Positions 59,960 to 64,000 of a DNA stretch of 64,000 nucleotides are shown in pieces. How positions within the stretch are numbered: the first letter of the stretch is position 1; each line of letters starts with the position of its first letter. The translations under genes and the position numbers were made by a program. Source of the DNA: Psammoneis japonica (Eukaryota); NCBI GenBank assembly GCA_008632985.1, contig QPGO01000078.1, positions 186,001 to 250,000 on the forward strand, written 5' to 3'. The notes below the pieces were generated by a model, which was given only the letters and a program-made list of their open reading frames with translations, did no database searches and was not told where the DNA came from.

Positions 59960-62250
59960 TGATTCATGAGGTCGGACTGATTGACAGACTTCTCCATGGT
60001 GCAATTTCTGCGCAAGATGCTTTGGAAAGACACCACTTGCATTGCCTCTTCGCTGCATTACAGCGGTGGAAGCAAAAAGGAAAGCTCGTGGAATGCAGAA
60101 CAAGCCCCAAGGTGACCCTGCAAAGAGCAGAATGGCAGCGCTTTTCTGTCAGATCATCCTTGCATCTTCGCGTTGTGCCTTTGTGCCAATTCACTTGTCG
60201 CCGCAAAGACGTGCTTTTCACTGGATTGTGTGCACAACTCACATGGTCAGATTCCATTCAAGAATGCCACCAACAGATTTGGCCCAACAGATAATCTTGA
60301 GCACTCTTCTCAGCTTCTTGAACCAGTGTGCCCATGACAACATGGAGGATGTCACAGGCTTCTTCGCCGCACTTCATTCTTGCACTCTCTCCTCTTCTTC
60401 TCCTTGGCGCCTCTCCATTTCCCCAGACCACAAGCAGCAGCCACTGCAAGAGCAATGCAGCAGCCGCAAATCCACCCAATGCACCACTGACAACAGTGCT
60501 GACTGCAGTCAAATCTTCTTTCAATGATTTGCTGGATGGTGGGTGAGGCCTGAGTGTGGGTGAAGAGGTGCTTGTTGGGGTGGTGGGAGGTGAGTCATTG
60601 GTCCATCAACATCCGCATGATTCACAGGCCATTTCCCCCTCAAAATTGTTGCAGGATTGACCATGGGATGATTGCTCACACTCAACATCATGCCAGGAGC
60701 AGAAATGCCATTTGAACTCACACAAACATCTGTTGCAAAATGTGTCATGGCCACAATCTAAAGCATCACAAAGCACAGACCCAAGGCAGATTCACACACG
60801 GCTGGTGACGAGCAGCTTCCCAAGAAGAGACTTTCACAGAATCTTGATGTGGATCTAGAACACATCCATTCTGCAAATGCAGCATGTTGCCAGACAAAGG
60901 AGAGCAACAACAAGGCAATGAGAGAGTGGCAGCAGCTGCTGCCCTGCGGGGATGCTTGCCGATCAACATCACGGTGTGACTTGTTCTTCTTTCTTCTTAC
61001 AATGCTCAAGTTGACAAAGTGATCTTCTTTTTTTGTGAAGTTGCACACAAGAGGCAATCTAAAAATGACACCCAATTCAGAAAAATGAGCTGCGCACCAC
61101 TTCAGTCAGACTTGCTCCACTGGCAGAAAGAAGTGGGGTGTGTTTGGTGGCAGGAAAGGTGCAAAAACTGCACAGCCACAATTGAAAGCACTGTCCTCAC
61201 AAAGTCCAGTTATCAAGTGCAATGAGCTTCCACAATTCAGTGAGTTTGTTGTGCATTGTGGGGGAAAGTGCAGAGATCTTGCTGTTTGCTGATCAACAGT
61301 TGAGGAAGACCTGTGGAATCCAGGAAAGGTGGGGAGCAGAGACATGGGCAAATGAAAAACACAGCATCAGTGCACAGAGCATGGCTGAAGACCAACAACC
61401 TTGTTGGCAGCTTTGTCCGATGGTGCAAAGTTTGCAAGTTGGGTGGGAATGATTGGCAGGCACTGGACAGCAGTGCTGCATGGTTGGGAATGCCAAGAAG
61501 AGAGATGCAAGCATCTTGCAACCCGGGACAAGAACAACGTTAAAGACAGATGCAGCCACATTGGAGATGGCCTTCAAAATCAAAGCAAAAACAAGTTTTT
61601 TTTTAACCTTGCATGGGAAGAAAGGGACAGAAGATTTGTCATTGTGTGGGCCAAACAACACATTCGCTGATGTGCTGGTGGGGAGTCAGGAGGCAGTTGG
61701 GCTTTCTCCTGTGACATCTCTTCGCTGCATGGCATCAACAATCTGCTGCTGTGACAGGACCTGTGAGTGCACTGATGCTTTGACAGACAAACAATGGCAT
61801 TGCTCTTGGCTGTCAACTGAGCACAAAACACAAACTGTGATTTGTTCTGTTTGTGACTGCTGCAAGCTGGTCTCTGTGACTTCCCTCTTTGGAGTCTGGC
61901 AAGCAACTCAGCCATGGGATGAAGCTTGTGAAGGGCGCACCAGTGCAATCTAGTGGCAATTGTTCTGTGTTGAAACAACAAAGTCAACAAAACCAGTGCT
62001 CTTGCTCCTTTTCACTTGCTTCTTGTCAACACATTGCATGCAGATTATGAAAGAGAGAGAGAGAGAGAGCTTCAAACCTTTGGGTTTTTCAGCCCACCAC
62101 ACCCAGCCCTTGCAGTTCTCTGGCTGTCTGGGTTACCACAGAAGTTGACTCAGCCACAAGCAACCCAACAGCTGCAGCAGCCTTGGCAAAGCCACGGCAC
62201 CCAGAATGTAGAGTGCAGTGGAGAGAAACAGAGGGTAATCGTCCAAAGTG
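59960..62250. other. TA/CG-depleted decayed block, possibly containing a dead gene copy
   Basis: Near absence of TA; contains a mutated copy of a host upstream module at 61021-61117. Confidence 0.5.
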
Positions 62251-62390
62251 CTTCTTGCTAAAAAATGCATTTTTTACTTTTAACTCATCACAACTCTCAA
62301 GTAAAATTTCCGACGAAAAGACAAACAGGATTCTATGGAGTGGACATCAAACTTCAACAATGCAAAACCATTTCTCTGACAAAACTCTTT

Positions 62391-64000
62391 TCACACCATT
62401 GATGCCATGCAGAGAGACCAAAACATGGAACCGAACCAAAGAGAAAGAGAGAAAGTCTTTGAACCTCCATCAGAAGAGTGTGCTTTTGCTGCGGAGGGTG
62501 CAATCACGGCATCGATCGAATGGATGATCCCGGAATTAGATAGAAAGCGACCTCCGGTGATTTCTGAACCGCCGACTGTTGTCCTGTTCTCAGTCTCGTC
62601 ATGCATCACTGTTAATACCTTCCCTGACAATGTTGTTAGCGGTTGGCCTTCCACTTTGGACAAGTCGGCGTAGACACCAATGATGATGTGGTCTAAAAGA
62701 CTGGCACGGAGTTTTCCAATGTCTGTATTGGATCCAGGAAAAATTCCGTCGAATGCTTCATCCACTGGTGCAAGCAGCGTGTGATTGGTTAGATTTTCTA
62801 CTTCTTCCTGTAGGTCCGCTGCTAGGATAGCATCAATCAAAATGTTGTGGGTCGTGGAAGCAGCTTGAATGAGGTTTTGGAACACAAAAGGTGGTGGCAG
62901 GACTCGTGAGATTCCGTGAGCGGCTCCATCTCTTGCAACCATGTCACCCCGTACAATACTTGATTCCACAGAAGCTGTGTCAGAGGACCAAACAATTGTC
63001 ATCGTGTCAAGCCCCGTTCGCACCGATATCTGCCCATTTCCAGGAAACAGTTCCTCGCCTTGTTCAAACTCAGGAGTAAATGCTACAATGTCCTCTAGGA
63101 AGTGATAGAGGAGAAGCTCACGGAGATGAAGCGACCACGCCGGTTCCTGAAACACTACCGGTTGCGATCTCGGAAACTGCTGCCCAAAGGCCGTGAATGC
63201 ATCGTTCGTAGGAAGAAATGCGGTGAACGGGGTTGTCGGGGAGAATTTGTCAAACAGCTGACTCGTTTGGAACGCATTGTTTACAAAGCTAAACTCATCA
63301 AACATCGCAGCATATTCTTGAATCGATGGAATCAATGTCTCATTCAGGAGATGCACAATTCCATCTTCGGCGAAAATGTCGCCCCTTATTAAGCTGGCAC
63401 CGTTAAATTTTAGAGAGTCGCCTTTCCAACTCGCAATGAGTGGCAAGCCTGCTTCGCTGGTGAACTCCACATCATCTTTAATAGAGTATGATGGATGCAC
63501 AAGCGCAATTGCATGCATCGCAACAACATACTTGAGTGCATCGGGATGTTCTGGCGACGAAAAAATGAAATGATTCTGTCGTCTAGCATCTCTATGGCTT
63601 GGGGAGAAGGTAGTAGAACCGTTATCACTTCCGATCTATTGGTAAGTAGCCCGGACTGGATGTTCCAGTCCGCCACTTCACTTGATTCACCGGTAGCAAC
63701 ATCAAGAATGCTTCTGCCGAAAAAGTCGGGTCGAAGAATACTGTCGACAATGTGAACAACGCCTATATTGCCGTAAACATGGAAACTGAGGCAACATCTA
63801 ACAATGGTTCTGTGATCCACGACAAGCACATTCTACTCACCGTCAGTGCCAATCAAATCTTGGACAATTATTGTGGCGTTACTAACTGACACGTCGGGGT
63901 TTTCGCCATCATCATCTGGATTGGCTGTCACGGAAATTGATAGCTCCTCGCCCATGACTGTCGTAACGGTCCCGCCATCCAGAGATATTAAATCGGCCGT
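62391..64000 (-). CDS. Multi-FAS1 (fasciclin) surface protein, likely GPI-anchored; 5' end outside window
   Basis: FTAFLPTNDAF, TLLAPVDEAF, GIVHLL, GIIHSIDAVI and a hydrophobic C-terminus. GT-AG intron 63763-63840 restores GTDGVVHIVD; 1-bp frameshift in the T-run near 63562. Confidence 0.88.

Noticed and set aside
1..62250. Hundreds of overlapping 60-250 aa Cys/His-rich ORFs in all six frames
   Set aside because: By-product of TAA/TAG loss in TA-depleted DNA; not evidence of metal-binding small proteins or overlapping genes.

Overview
Eukaryotic window, most likely from a pennate diatom (CoDi-type copia element, diatom-style LRR, FAS1 and KG/Y-rich secreted proteins). Gene-rich segments alternate with transposon-rich blocks. 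The gene-rich segments carry a START-like protein, 3-methyladenine glycosylase I, a sulfatase, Tex/SRBD1, a KGY-repeat secreted protein, a BCS1-like AAA ATPase, an ankyrin-BTB protein and a fasciclin. The transposon blocks carry a Plavaka-like relic, a non-autonomous copia, a tandem DDE transposon, Kolobok, a piggyBac-like MITE, a CRE non-LTR element and a Penelope-like RT. Main observation: the repeat blocks show massive TpA-specific A:T->G:C hypermutation (TA->TG or TA->CA), the reverse direction of fungal RIP. It is visible directly between paired LTRs, tandem transposon copies and a local duplication. It converts TTAA target-site duplications to TTGA, turns conserved Tyr into Cys/His and erases TAA/TAG stops, which explains the flood of spurious six-frame ORFs. 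It occurs in same-strand runs, fades at block edges and has also hit a host LRR gene inside a block. This looks like a repeat/heterochromatin-targeted mutagenic genome-defence process that I do not know to have been described. Frameshifts in several host genes fall mostly in homopolymers and are probably assembly errors. All counts are manual.
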